Source of the DNA: Naegleria gruberi
Taxonomy: Eukaryota
Direction: 5' to 3' (one strand)
Length of the DNA: 64,000 nt
Assembly (NCBI GenBank): GCA_000004985.1
Contig: GG738863.1
Position 1 is the stretch's first letter, and each line of letters starts with the position of its first letter. This document shows positions 1 to 12,900 of the stretch, in pieces. The position numbers and the translations under genes are program-made. The notes below the pieces were generated by a model that had not been told where the DNA came from, made no database searches, and saw nothing but the letters and a program-made list of their open reading frames with translations.

Positions 1-12
1 AAAGTTAGATTT

Positions 13-591
13 GTGATTAAGCAAATGTTTCATCACTCGAAGAATTTGGCCTCATTTGTTGCCATTTACAAATTGATAACATATATTTGCAGAAATTATT
101 TGAATGTGCGGAATGGATTGGATGCTCTGCTGGCAGGTTTTGTTGGTGGAAGTATTGCATTTGGTGAGAGTAAGGGAATTTCTGGAGCTGTCAATAACCA
201 GATAGTTCTATATTTATTTGCGAGAGGAATAGATGGTGGATTAAAAGCACTGGCCACCAAAGGATATATTCCTGAAATTATGGATATATCAACACCGAAT
301 GGTTTTCGATTATTTGCAGGATTTTCTCTTGCTTTGGTACTGTATTTGACCGATCATCAACCTAGAGCTCTGAAATCTGGATTCATGTCCACTATGAAAT
401 ATCTTTATCATGAAAGTAATGATGGAACAATGTCAGTTCCAATCAATTTTGCTCCTTTTGTGACGTTTATTACCATTTGTTTACTACTTGGATATTGGTT
501 CCCTCAATTCAGATTGGAAAATGTGTTACAACGAGTGGATGATGCAATGACTTGGGAGAATATTAAGGAATTCATGAGCTCGTTTTTCTAA
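13..591 (+). CDS. PXMP4: Peroxisomal membrane protein 4 (PXMP4/PMP24, Tim17 family), 5' partial
   Basis: The ORF translation aligns along its length with human PXMP4. Shared motifs include HSKNLASFVAIYK, AGFVGGSIAFGES..NNQIVLYLFARG, KGYIPE and STMKYLYHESN. The N-terminus is cut by the window edge. Confidence 0.8.
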   Translation: MIKQMFHHSKNLASFVAIYKLITYICRNYLNVRNGLDALLAGFVGGSIAFGESKGISGAVNNQIVLYLFARGIDGGLKALATKGYIPEIMDISTPNGFRLFAGFSLALVLYLTDHQPRALKSGFMSTMKYLYHESNDGTMSVPINFAPFVTFITICLLLGYWFPQFRLENVLQRVDDAMTWENIKEFMSSFF

Positions 592-696
592 TGCCCCAAA
601 ATCAGTAATAGCATCAATATTTTTCATCCTCTAAAACAGTATAATTTGTAAATAATATTTTGTAATTTATAAACAGTTAGATAATTTATTAGAGAA

Positions 697-1879
697 CTAT
701 TTGAGATTGATTAATTTTTTGAGAAGTCTTGGTGATTTAACCTTTGTGGATGATTGATTCAATTCCTCGTCAAAATCAAAGGTTGTTTCCTTTGTAGGTG
801 AAAGCATATCTTGGCCATCAATGATGGTATCAAAAACACATTCCAACAAATCTCGAGCAGCTGAGCCATTTGTAGCACTGGTCACTCTGACATCCCTCCA
901 CAATTGTGCTCGTCTGTCCTCATCTTTGGCCAAATCAATAAATTGTTTCTGAACAAATTTCATCGAATCTCTATATACATATCCACCAATTTCGTAGAAA
1001 AATCTCCATTTTCTCTTTCGAAATTCCCTCTCTTCTGATGAACAAAAAGAGTATGTACTCTGGAGGAAGGACTGATTGGTTGGATCATCATCGCTACTGC
1101 TATCACTGAAAATTGCAGAAGTATTGAGTGGATCGCCAATAGTTATCGAAATTGGTTTCTCTCTTGTTGATATTGTAGAGCTGCCAGTATTGAAAATATT
1201 ACTACCAATTGAAATGGCCTTACTTGACATTGGTGATCTTTCTGTAGATGTGGTGGTAATTGATGAGATGGATGTACAACTATTGAGTGAAGGTAGGAGA
1301 GATTTGGAAGAAGAAAGTGGACTCGTATCTTCACTCTTACCTGTTATCCCTGGCTCAAATAAATGATATCGTTCCTTATATAAGAGATCAACTTGTTCTT
1401 CATCTATGTCTTTCATCAAACTGTAACACAAAGATCTCCAAACAGTGTCACACGTTGCCACAATATACATTTCATAATTTACAGTACTCAGAACACATAA
1501 ATCATGTGCATCCAAGTAAAAGCAAATGTAAATTAAAATATCACTCGGTAACTTTTGCCAATTTTCCTGTCTAATCTTGAATTCCTCTTCCTCTGTGAGC
1601 ATGTGATGATTTTCAACAACAAATCTCGAAGGTGACATTTTAGGAATAAATGATCCAACATTTAACCCATTTTTCTTTTGTTTTTGAATACTGGCACTCC
1701 TTGCTCTTTGAAATCGTTCCATAGTTTTTGAATTTTGTGCACTTTCGAATGTACCAGGTATTCTCTTTCTCTTTTGTTGAATGGTATGTCTCCTCTTGGC
1801 ATCTCCTGCCATTTTGTGAAAGTTTTTAATTGGTTTGTGAAGACGAATGTGTTTTGGTAAATCATCAAATGCTTCACTA
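697..1879 (-). CDS. F-box domain-containing region, in-frame continuation of the Galpha ORF (possible fusion or mis-joined gene)
   Basis: This is the same continuous minus-strand ORF, with no stop codon after NKKDVFLHKIQ. It contains an F-box consensus, LPSDILIYICFYLDAHDLCVLSTVNYEMY...VWRSL. A Ser/Thr-rich linker follows, then a conserved-looking C-terminal block (RKRKWRFFYEIGGYVYRD...AQLWRDV). No Galpha G5 box (TCATDT) is found in any frame. Confidence 0.5.
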
Positions 1880-2909
1880 ATGTCAAAATATTGAATTTTG
1901 TGAAGAAAAACATCCTTCTTGTTGAACACTAGAAATATTGGTACATTCTCAAAACATGATGCATTGACAATTTCCTCAAATAAGAGCAAACTTTCCTTCA
2001 TTCTATTCGATCGATCATCTTCGTAACAAACTTGATTATATTCTGAAAGTGAGACGATGAAAATTATTCCACTTGTTGCTCCAAATAAGTGAACCCACTT
2101 TTTACGTTCATTCCTCTGGCCACCTATTATGATAAATAAATATTTAATATTAGTTCAAAGCTTATTTCAATACATATATTCTTTAAAAAAACCTACCTGT
2201 ATCAAAAACTCTAATTCTATTATTTCTATAAATGCACTCTGTTTCAACAATACCAGTTGTTTTCACATATGATGACATGACATGCTTTGTTTTTGGCATT
2301 GAATATATATGATCCATCTGTTTCACCAAGTCAGGTAAACAATTTTTGCATTCTCGTTATGAAATGTTCATCAACAATCCTCAGAATATGAATAAAATCC
2401 TCACAATCCAATCTAAGAACACTATTTGCAAATTCCTCATTCTCAATCTTGTTTAATTTCTCATCTGGAAACATACTCGAAAGTGCTCTCAGTACAAACT
2501 GTACCATTTGCACGATATTCGAAAGGATTACTTCACGATAAGATAAATATTCATCATTATCAAATCCTCCATTGAATAGTAATTTAACATTCTTGAAAAG
2601 CGTACTCTTCCTATAAGTTCCAATAAAAACAATTTCCAATATCATTATTCGAATTATATTGATCACCATTCATAAATCAAACATAGTACATCTTGTTAGA
2701 AACATGCCTAAATTTCAACAAACTACTCACCCAACACCTCCTGTCCCCAACATGATCACTCGTTGTTGTGGTAAATTTAAAACATTTGATCCGCCATTCG
2801 AATCTCCCAATCCTTTCAATAATTTAGAAGATGAAGACTTTTTAGAAAGCATGGAACGTGATGATGATTTTCTCAGCGAAGATGATGACGAAGATGTACT
2901 CTGACCCAT
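1880..2909 (-). CDS. Heterotrimeric G-protein alpha subunit (GTPase and helical domain exons); at least 3 introns
   Basis: The protein starts MGQSTSS, a Gly2/Ser6 N-myristoylation consensus. Exon 1 ends ...VIMLGTGGVG at a GTGAGT donor. Exon 2 continues KSTLFKN, completing the P-loop GTGGVGKST, followed by the helical domain. Later exons encode TTGIVETECIY (switch I), RVFDTGGQRNERKKW (switch II) and FLVFNKKDVF (NKxD). Introns of about 70-120 nt have GT..AG ends. One exon junction near 2330 is unresolved and may be a frameshift or a short intron. Confidence 0.8.
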
Positions 2910-3719
2910 TTTCTATTTCCTATCTTTCTCTTTTTACAGTAATTATTATTATTAGTAGCAATATATCGAATATCTATATCACTTATATGATATGATTCTG
3001 ATGAGGTTGATGATGATTATTAATAATAGAATTTGATGATGATAAGAGTTTCGATTTTTTGTTTTATGAGAAGGCGGTCAAGTATTCTCCGCGCTTCTTT
3101 TTTTTCTGAATTTTTTGCTTTGGTGCTTTTTCAGTGAGGAGTTTTTCAAAGGGAAGAAAAAGATAAACTAGTGCACTACTTGAATAATATATTATTGAAA
3201 TATTGTATGCTTGGTTCTTGTAAGTGATGTTGCTAGTGGTTGTGAGTAGTGCCTGATGTTGTTTTTTATTGGAAAAGGAAATGGCAATACCTTGTTGTTA
3301 TAATTGATGCCAAAAAGGATCCACTCAGTGATAATAATAATATTTATCTAAACAAGCAACTGCTGAACACTCTCAACTTGTGAATATGGTGTTGTAGATG
3401 ATGATGATAATGAAGATGTAGTTAAAGAGAGAGAAATAGTTTTTTTTTCAAAGTGTCATCTCTCATACCAGAAACATCAAGAATCTCCTCCAAGAGTTTT
3501 TGTGTTAGAAAACCAAAAGTGAAACCTTGCATTTCAGCTTGGTTACTGGCAGCTAAATGGTTCATATTTGGATGCTTACCACATGTGTAATCACTTGACA
3601 AATTTAAACATCCTCCTTTGAAATGGTGATAGCAGTAGTATCTCATCAATAATGTTATCTTAGCAGTTTTGGTAATAACTGGTTTCGTAATAATAATATC
3701 TAGTAGCTATTCATCATAA

Positions 3720-5999
3720 CTATTCCTCTTCTGAATTTCTTAACAGTAGTAAACGATCTTGGATTTCACGTTCCTTCTTGTCAATACTTCTCTCGAATAA
3801 TTGTGGACAAACTTCAACCAACCAATCTGATTCAATAGTTGTTACATCTCTCATGAATACTTTGGTTGTAAATAAAAGTTCTGTAAATATTACAAACTCT
3901 GGCGGATATTTAAAAAGGACGCTATTAGGATGGATGTAATAAATATCATTGCCTCGTACGGATTTATAGGAACCATCTGATTGTCTTTGTGCTGCATTGG
4001 AAAAGTAACCAGATATTAAACATTTTCTAATAGTATCAATAGGTGGGTCAATATTGCCGTAGCCCACATTTGAATCCATAATTGATTTGATAGGAATGGA
4101 GAATCGTTTGAGTAGTTTTTCAAATTGATGGATAAATTGTTCAACTCTTTGCATGGATTTGTAAGTAATACAATTGTCATAGCACCATTTGCTAGATTTG
4201 TTGTTTTTGAGATAGGACATGTAAATGTTAAGGTATGTCAAATGGTCACCTTCCATAACAGAGAATTTCCTTTTTACATACTCAACCCTATCTTGGAGTT
4301 GTCTGGAGGTTACAAAAACATTTCTCACACTGGTCATGGCACAAATAATGAGCATCTCTTGAGAGCAATTCATATTACCAGAGTGTAGCAGAATTTTAGA
4401 AACGAATGGGTCAGTCGGGAATTCAGCCATTTGTAAACCCAGAGGATTTGTCAATTGACATGAATCATCAAGAGCACCGAGTGCATAAAGAGTTTCCAAT
4501 GATTGGGCCATATGACTAGATGGTGGAGAAGAAAGAAAATCAAAGAATACCAAATTATCAATTCCTAATGCCTTCATCTGGAGAATGATATCTGAGAGAT
4601 TGGATTTTTGAATTTCTGGAATGGTATTTTCCTTAAGCTTTTCATAATCTTGTTCAGTATAGAGACGAAAGCATTTACCATTCATCACTCGTCCTGCTCT
4701 TCCAGCACGTTGTCGTGCTGATGATTTGCTAATTTCTGTCACTACTAGACAATCCCTGTTGGAACGATAATCATAAATTCTCTCCTTTACAAATCCACAA
4801 TCAACTACAAATCTCAGAGAAGGAATAGTAATCGATGTCTCTGCAATATTAGTTGAAATAATGACCTTTCTCTTATCCTTTACAGTATCAAATATTTTCA
4901 TTTGCTCTTCCAAGGATAATCCTGCGTAGAGAGGTAATACGAGCATGTTATCTTTTTTTGCTTCGAATAGAGAATCTTCAATAAGGGATACCAGCTCTTC
5001 AATTTCTTGTTGGCCTGTCAGAAAGACCAACACATCTCCAGATTCTATTGGTTCACTATTATGAATGTTCAAGACGCATTGTAAGCTGGAACGAACATAA
5101 TCTGAGATTGGTTTCTGAATGTAGTAAATATCGACTGGATAGGTTCTCCCTTCAATACTCATAATGTAACAACTCAGATTCAATTGGGGAACATTGAAAA
5201 ATTTGTAAAAATCCTCAGCATCGAGAGTGGCACTCGAAATTATGAGTCTTAGTTCAGGGCGCTTCTGTAGGACCTTCTTTAAAAGTCCTAACAAGATATC
5301 TGTCTTGGTACTCCTTTCATGGACTTCATCAACTATTATGACAGAATAATCGGTCAATAGAGGGTCCACCAACATTTCTCTCAATAACATTCCATCAGTC
5401 ATGTATTTAATCCTTGTAAATTCTGAATATTTTGCATCGAATTGAACACAATATCCGACCAACCCTCCAAGTTCACCATGTGCATTTTCACTTGTTAATA
5501 TTCCACTCCTAGTTGAAATTCCAAAACTATTACTTGCAGCAGAGGAAGAAGAGGAATTAGGAAATGATTCCCTCTTCTCCTCAAACACTCTCTTAGCAGC
5601 ACTAATTGCTGAAATCCTTCTCGGTTGTGTACAACAAATAGATTGTCCATTAGAGCACCATCCACTCTCATACAAATATTGAGGAATTTGTGTCGTTTTT
5701 CCACTGGCAGTCTCTGCACTCACAATCAACACATTGTAATTTTCCAACAAGTACAACATGGAATTCCTAAATTTATGAATAGGTAATTGTCTTCTCTGTT
5801 CATCCAATGATAACTTCCGATGAGGATTATAAACAAATTCCATAACCTCCTGATTTTCATTCCGATCAATAATTGAATCTCGAAACTCTTCATGTGTAGA
5901 ATTTCGGATGGCTTCTGGCGCTTGTTGTCCAGGTTTCCAAAATCCACCACTTTTACTAGGCACCGACCGAGAGGATGATGCTTCCGCTGGTTTAAGCAT
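3720..5999 (-). CDS. DHX35: DEAH-box ATP-dependent RNA helicase, DHX35-like
   Basis: This is a single 759-aa ORF. It carries motif I (AETASGKTTQIPQYL), motif II (DEVHERS), SAT (SATLD), TNIAETSITI and motif VI (QRAGRAGR), plus the HA2/OB C-terminal region. The N-terminal region (YNPHRKLSLDEQRRQLPIHKFRN) and the full-length collinearity match DHX35. Confidence 0.85.
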   Translation of the reverse strand: MLKPAEASSSRSVPSKSGGFWKPGQQAPEAIRNSTHEEFRDSIIDRNENQEVMEFVYNPHRKLSLDEQRRQLPIHKFRNSMLYLLENYNVLIVSAETASGKTTQIPQYLYESGWCSNGQSICCTQPRRISAISAAKRVFEEKRESFPNSSSSSAASNSFGISTRSGILTSENAHGELGGLVGYCVQFDAKYSEFTRIKYMTDGMLLREMLVDPLLTDYSVIIVDEVHERSTKTDILLGLLKKVLQKRPELRLIISSATLDAEDFYKFFNVPQLNLSCYIMSIEGRTYPVDIYYIQKPISDYVRSSLQCVLNIHNSEPIESGDVLVFLTGQQEIEELVSLIEDSLFEAKKDNMLVLPLYAGLSLEEQMKIFDTVKDKRKVIISTNIAETSITIPSLRFVVDCGFVKERIYDYRSNRDCLVVTEISKSSARQRAGRAGRVMNGKCFRLYTEQDYEKLKENTIPEIQKSNLSDIILQMKALGIDNLVFFDFLSSPPSSHMAQSLETLYALGALDDSCQLTNPLGLQMAEFPTDPFVSKILLHSGNMNCSQEMLIICAMTSVRNVFVTSRQLQDRVEYVKRKFSVMEGDHLTYLNIYMSYLKNNKSSKWCYDNCITYKSMQRVEQFIHQFEKLLKRFSIPIKSIMDSNVGYGNIDPPIDTIRKCLISGYFSNAAQRQSDGSYKSVRGNDIYYIHPNSVLFKYPPEFVIFTELLFTTKVFMRDVTTIESDWLVEVCPQLFERSIDKKEREIQDRLLLLRNSEEE

Positions 6000-6086
6000 T
6001 TTTTTTAATAAAATTTAAAATTTTAAATATTTAATGTATTTAATTGTTAACGGTAATAATAATTTATTGAACATGTAGAAAATCGA

Positions 6087-6767
6087 TTACTTTTTCTTTT
6101 TCACATTTTCATTCTTTGAACTACAGCTGGAATTACCTCTCTTTTTGGTTGTTGAGGAATTTTTCTTTTCATTAATTGATGAGGATTCGCTTGGATAATT
6201 GACAGTTCTAAAGGTGAGTGAAATTCTTCGATCTCCCTCCAATAGGTTAGGTTCAATTCCATGTTTAAATGATTTTCTGGAAGATCCAGTCATCAGATAT
6301 AAGGAACGAGCTGGTAATTTAACTTGATGTTTTATATCCTTTTTTGTAAAGGTAAATGTTGAATCACATTCAAGTGAAAGTCCAAAAATGATTTCCTTGT
6401 AAGTTTTACGGTGGTCAAAGTGTTGGTCCAGAGAATCATCTGGCTTGTATTCGTTCACAAATATTTCAGTAAACTTGTCATCTCCTAAATAAGATTCATA
6501 TTGAGATAGATCAATTTTTGGAACATGTGTGGCAGTTCTTTCGAGAATTGTGGTACATAAATCTTTCAAAAATTGAGGAAGTGGTGTAATTTCATCAGGA
6601 ATGATATTGTACTTCTTGTCATGTTTTGGTCCATAAATTTGAATTCTTCTCTTTTTCGATCTGTTAAGAAACCAGAGCTGTTTCTCCAAGTTTTCGACAA
6701 GACTTGAAGCTTCTTCTGGGGTGAGAATGTCCTTGATAAGATAGAGTCCTTTAACTGTTGTTTCCAT
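6087..6767 (-). CDS. AlkB-family Fe(II)/2-oxoglutarate dioxygenase
   Basis: The 226-aa ORF has a YGPKH.Y. motif, an HxD iron-binding motif (HFDH), and the AlkB-typical 2OG-binding motif RISLTFR near the C-terminus. The C-terminal tail is K-rich. Confidence 0.55.
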   Translation of the reverse strand: METTVKGLYLIKDILTPEEASSLVENLEKQLWFLNRSKKRRIQIYGPKHDKKYNIIPDEITPLPQFLKDLCTTILERTATHVPKIDLSQYESYLGDDKFTEIFVNEYKPDDSLDQHFDHRKTYKEIIFGLSLECDSTFTFTKKDIKHQVKLPARSLYLMTGSSRKSFKHGIEPNLLEGDRRISLTFRTVNYPSESSSINEKKNSSTTKKRGNSSCSSKNENVKKKK

Positions 6768-6931
6768 TTTTTGTTTGTGTTTTTCAATTCAAAAGGCGAC
6801 TAGAATTTAAGTATTTTTAGTAGAAAAGTTCATCATCACAAACAAAACACTTTGAAGTTCTAGCAAACATTAGAACTCATAGTTATTAATTTCAAAAGAA
6901 ACTTAAATGGATGAAGTTTGTTATAAACTAT

Positions 6932-9900
6932 TTATTCATAAACTTCTGCAAATTCAGTTGCACTTCTACCAAATATTTCAGGGCTATACATTTCCTCAGC
7001 TTTTACACCTGGAATAACAAATGAGCCAATAGATGTAGCTCTGGCAAGGTAGGTAAACTCATGAGTACCTTCCCATAATAATGAACTGAATGCTTCCACT
7101 CTTTCATCTCTAATATTATGATGCTCGTACCAGATTGGATTCCACCAACACCACCAACGTCTTGTTCCTCTATTATTATTGGATCCAGTTCCACTAACAC
7201 TAGCAATAGCTGGGGTTCCTTTCAATTCTGGATTGATTGGTTCGAGACCAGCTGGTAAAAAGTCAACTAGAGCAACATGATATCTACGACTAGTATTTGT
7301 CATTCTCAACTTGATACGAACCAATTCTCCTGCCTTAAATCTCCAACTATTCTTTTCCTTATCAAATGTAACATGAGAAGGATTAGTGACGTGCTCATAA
7401 CTTCTTTGAACTTCGAAACCGTAATCCAAAGCGTCAACAAGTAAATTCTTTGGAGCATAATCCATACCAATTCTATAGTATAATCTTCCTTCCCTTGNAA
7501 TGTTTGTTCTCCACAATAATCTTCTCCAAGCCATGCGTTAACAACAAAATCTGGGGTAACTCCTTCAAAGACATTAAAGTAGGTATTGAGAGCAAGGAGA
7601 ATGAAAACGTTTTCCTGAGTATTACCCCATCTTCCCTTCTTCTTGTGAGCCAACAATCCCTTAACAATTTTTGGAATGAGGTGTGATTTTGGAGAGATAT
7701 TGATGAATGCTTCCAAACAAATACCGTCGGTTCTTCTATCACTGTGCAACATGATATGCTTGGTGGCCATTACATCTCCATAACTGGTGATAAAGTTTGC
7801 TGTTTGAGCAGTTTCATTAGCATTCTTATCCAAGTGTGTCATAATTTCTGAAACTGTGCTTGTTTCTTTCTTACCACTTGCAAGATAAATAGCAGTAGCT
7901 ATCCATGCAAGATATTCCATATTTCCTTGGAGTTTCTTTTCCTTATAGAGAGTTTCAGCTAATGACTTGGCATCAGATTCACCCAACAAGGCCAAAACAT
8001 AGTAAGCATAAGCTTTGATGGATCTCAAAGATTCTGGAGAATAATCAGTACAGTATCTTTCAATAGTTTTGAGGACTGGAATGAGTTTGGACATCATTGG
8101 TGCATTCAATGTGTAACCAGCAATTTTACAACGAGCCATGGCGTGACCAACATGGCAAGTAACGTAAGGAGACACCTCATAATAGCTAGAGTAGGACCAA
8201 TAGCCAAAACCACCATTAGGGAATTGTCTTGAAGCCAATGTAGAGAAATATCCATTGATTTTAGTGTCAATAGCATCTTTGGTTGGTATCTCTGGAACTT
8301 GGAAGGCATACAAAATATCCTTGAGGGCAACAATTGACAATATTCTACTAGAAATTTGTTCACAACATTCAAATGGATAGTTATACAAATAGAGGAAAGT
8401 GTCAGTGAGTGATGACAAGGCAGTAGAAGAAGTTGTAATCTTGAGACCACCAAATTGTGGGAAAACATTTTGAGGAGCCTTTACAGGTTGGAAAACTGAA
8501 GAATCTCCATCCATTTCACCATAAGTTGCAAATGCCTCAGTAGTAGCTGGTGTGAAAACTCTAATCTCCTTTTCTACAGCATCGGCAAAATTAATGCCAG
8601 GTGTAGCAATGGAAACACCAACTTGGAATCTGGCAATACCAACACGATCTGTTGACATTGGGAATCTCAATTCGGCTCTTCCCATAGCAGGTACTTTGAC
8701 CCTCAAACCCTTCTTTGAAGAATCCAAAAGAGCCAAGTTTGTGAAGTTAATAGCAGCATTGACAACAACATCAATTGGGACTTGACTTTGTAAAACACAT
8801 GTAAATTCAGCTCTGTCACCAAAGTTAAGGAATCTTGGAAGGGATGGTCTGATTGCCAATGGAAGTTGAGCCACCATAGATGATTCATGAATTCCAAAAC
8901 ATGAATCTCCTTTGATTGCAACAGCTGTAATTCTATACTTGGTCAAATTGTCAGGAAGTTTGAATGAAACAGTTGCTTTACCATGGACATCAGTTACGCT
9001 CTTTGGACTGAAAACTGCAAGAGGATTAAAGTTAGATCTGACAGAAATTGCTGAATCTTCTGGTTGGTCTTCCTCGCCCTGGGAAGATGCATCTTTACAT
9101 TTACCACCTCTAGCACAGCATTTACGACAGCACTTACAACATTCCCTGTCACAACAGCCAGAACAAGAAGCACTAGCACAACAAAGCAGTTCTGGTTGAT
9201 CTCCTTCGAATACAACTGAATCATAACTCTTTACAAAAAGGTAGCTTCTCAATGAGTATGGATTAAGAACTGGATAATTTCTACGAGTAAATGTATTAAG
9301 AGGATTAGAAATAGAATATCCTGTCAAGGAGAGAACAGCTTCATCAACTGCCACAATGCAGACTTCAGAATTTTGAATTGGTTCACCAGTGATTGGATCC
9401 TTAACAAGTACATCAATGAAACTTTCTGCTCCTGGAGTTAAATATTCCTTCTCAGGTTTGGTCTCAACAGTTAAGGTTCTAGTGATGTTGGAAACAGAAA
9501 TTTCACATTGACCAGAAGCATATGCAGGCTGTTTTGGCAAATTAGTAAGAACGGTACCCACTGCATCAACTCTTGATTGACTTCCTGCAACTTCAACACT
9601 AACATAAATATTAGGAATGCAATTTTTGGTAATGTCAATCTCAATTTCAGTACAACCGTCTTCTGGATCAATAGTTATTGGAATATGTTTGATCACATCG
9701 TCAAGTGATACAAGTGCAACACCTTCACATTTTCCATCAAGGTTAGATTGAATAAGAAGTTTAGCCTTATCACCAACTTGATATTCAGTCTTGTCTTTAA
9801 TGATGAGAAGGGTGTCCTTAGAAATTCTCTTGCCAACCTTTTCATCTCTTGTGGAACCACCTGTAATATACAAGTTAGTTCTTGATGAATTTGTAAGCCC

Positions 9901-12900
9901 AGTTTCAGGATCAACAATTTCGACTTTGAATGAATAACTGCCACCTTTTTCAAATTTAACAGGTACTTCAACTGGTCCGTCTTTAGATGAGGTCAAAATT
10001 TGTTCAAAAACTTGCACGGTTTCATCTACAAACCTGAATCCCTTCTTTACACTAACAGATGTGGTAGCTGTCAATTTCATTTGAATACCAGAGACTAAAT
10101 TACCATCGACATCAGATGTAACAAGGGATGCAGTTACAGGAATATTAGGTTTAACAAATTGTTTGCTAAATTTGATACCACAATAATACTTGCAAGGATG
10201 GACAAGGAATGAAGTACTCGAAGAGATTGTTTGTCTGTTAATATCTTGAACAGTAGATTCTATTGAGATAGTTACTGGTACCTTGTTAGGTCTTGCAGAC
10301 TCTGTAAAAGAAATAGCAATTTGATGTTCTCCGTTACCGTCTGTGGTACCTTCAAATGTGGTACTTCCTAAAACAGAGCCAGTACTACTACCGAATCTTC
10401 TCATTCTATAAAATCCCATGTATGGATCATTACCTTCTCCAAAAGTATAGGCGTGTTGGTTAGGAGGAGTATATGATGCAGACGTTTGCTTGATGGTATA
10501 ATTGCATTTTCCACCACAAATACCTCCACCAGAGTAGTATTCAGCCTTGGTAGTGCATACAGCAGAATTTCCATTCACAATATAATTACCAGCAGGAACG
10601 GAAGATGATGATTTGAATTCTGGAGTTCTGAATTCTTGTACCTTGAAGGAATGTGAGGTTGAGAAAGCAGTGAATGTAATGATATGATCTCCCAAGTTAG
10701 CATTATCAGGAACCTTAAAAGTAAAATCAAAGGTTCCAAGTTTTGAAATTTCAATATCTCCCTCACAATATTTTTGACCTCTGGCATCATGGACTGTATA
10801 GTGTGTTGTTTGTTCAGAAGGAAGAACGACAATAGGTCCAGAGTCTTGCAATTTGAACTTTCTGACGATACCCTTGATGGAAACAGTTTCATTAGGCTTG
10901 TACAATCCTCTATCGTTGTAAATATGAGCAACGGTATCTGTACTAAATTTTGAAGTGTATAGTCCAACATCTGGAATGAAACAAGAATCATTACCATGCT
11001 TGGCAATCAATTTGGAAGTACCTGCATGAACCTTATATTTTCCAATACCAGTCTCAGCGTCAGGAGTAACATGTGCATTTACCTTGATGAATTCCACATC
11101 TTTCTTAATAATACTACCATCGCTCAATGAGTTAATCCAGAAATATAAATGAGATGAATGAGAATCATATGAACAATCAAGGGCGATCTTTGTAGATTGT
11201 ATCCATGCACAGTATGTTGGACGATAGTCCCAATTTCCTTTCCAACTAGTTTTAGTTGGCTCAACAAAAACCATCAAGTGACCCAGATTTTCATTAGGGA
11301 ATTGAAGATATTGTGAGAGGTCTACCTGTGTTTCACATGGTTCATCTTTCTCTCCACTGATTGTCAAGGTAGTGTCTAAAACCATTTTTCCTGGGAATTT
11401 GTAACTATTGTTATAGGCACTATAGTTAAGAGTTTCACCAGAATAGATTTGAGGTTCTACTTGACAAACTTTAAATTGTACAGAGTCCATATTTACAGTA
11501 ACAAAAGAATAGGTTGGTTTGGTGTTCAAGGTTGGATCGAGTACCATTACACCAGTACCAAAAGCTTGTAAACTTTGACGAGCACTTCCAACTTGAAATT
11601 CAACAACTGTATCAGGAAGAGTTTGTCCCCAAACATCTACAATACCCTTAAGGAAAAACTTATAGGTTGTTCTACCCTTTGATTTGCCTCTGATTGTCAA
11701 ATAAGTTCCACTTGGATTCAATTCCATGTTTTCCAATAATGGTGAAACAGTAACCATAGACTCTAAAAGCTTATCAACATCAATAGAATTGGAGAAGATA
11801 ATAGTGAAAGGCTCCATTGGAGTTGAACCACCAGATGAACGATCTTTTCTAAATTCAGGATAAGTGTATACATGAATTACTGAATCTTTCAATGATGGAA
11901 GAGGGCCTTCTGTACCAACAACTCCCTTATTAATTGTAATATCAAAAGAAGCTCCAATAGAAACTGGATTATTTTGGAAATCAAAAGTAAACCACAAATG
12001 TCTAGATTCAGGAGCTGAAGAAAGTTTGGAAAGATAAGAGTTATACATGGATGAATGTTTCTTTTTCAAATTATAATCTTCCATCATTTTCTTAACTTGA
12101 TCTTGAAGGAGTGAATTTGAGGATTTTCCATCGAAAATCAAACTAGCCTTACGACCTGGAGTGGAAATAAATGGTAATACAGCACTTGGGTCAATCTCTT
12201 GATCAAACTCGGCATAAAATACAGGGAATTCATTAACTGGCATTGAGTGGCTATTTGGCAAATACTCTTTAACATAAAGTCTTGGTGTTTCGAATGTAAA
12301 AGAAAAATCTGATTTCAATGTGCCCCCATTTTGTGAGCTAGTTCCTTTCTTGACAGTAACTGTATACTTTGTAGACATGTCAAATCTATAGTTGGCTTCA
12401 TAGACTAATGTTTTGGAACCCAACCACTTGAATTTACCTCCCTTTTTTGGGAGTGGTGAAACAATAACAGGAACTGTCTCACTTTCAACACTATCAATGC
12501 TGGATACAGCAACCATTGGTTGAGAGAAGGTAATTGTAATGGATGGAACAGATCTATCTAATTCTCCTTCTGGTGAATATCTCAAAATGGTCAAATCAGA
12601 ACCTGAAAGCTGGGCTTCTTCTTCCTTCAATTCTTGTGGTTTCTCCAATTTAACTTGAGGTGGAAATTCAACTTGAATAGAGTCAGCTGTCACTGGTGCC
12701 TTTAAAGATTTTTCTCTACATTTACAAATATCATTTCAATCACAAAATCCATCAATTGTAAAACTACTTACCTCATGAAGAAATCTTTTTGATCAGTGTC
12801 ATCACTCTTAATTGCTGGTAATCTATTCAATAATCTGTTAGTTTCCTCCTCTGATAACTCCTCAATGGAGCATAATTTTGCTCCCGATTCTTCTTCTGAT

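Noticed and set aside
1076-1574. Plus-strand ORFs (1076..1366, 1287..1574) antisense to the Galpha/F-box ORF
   Set aside because: They overlap a much longer homology-supported minus-strand CDS, and their translations have no recognisable features. These are typical antisense ORFs of AT-rich coding DNA.
2659-2904. Plus-strand ORF opposite Galpha exon 1
   Set aside because: It is the antisense of a well-supported exon (myristoylation start plus P-loop) and has no supporting features.
8106-11006. Multiple 60-140-aa ORFs on either strand inside the TEP gene (e.g. 8106..8468, 8912..9199, 10575..11006)
   Set aside because: They are embedded in the 5.7-kb TEP exon in alternative frames and have no homology support. 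They are spurious.
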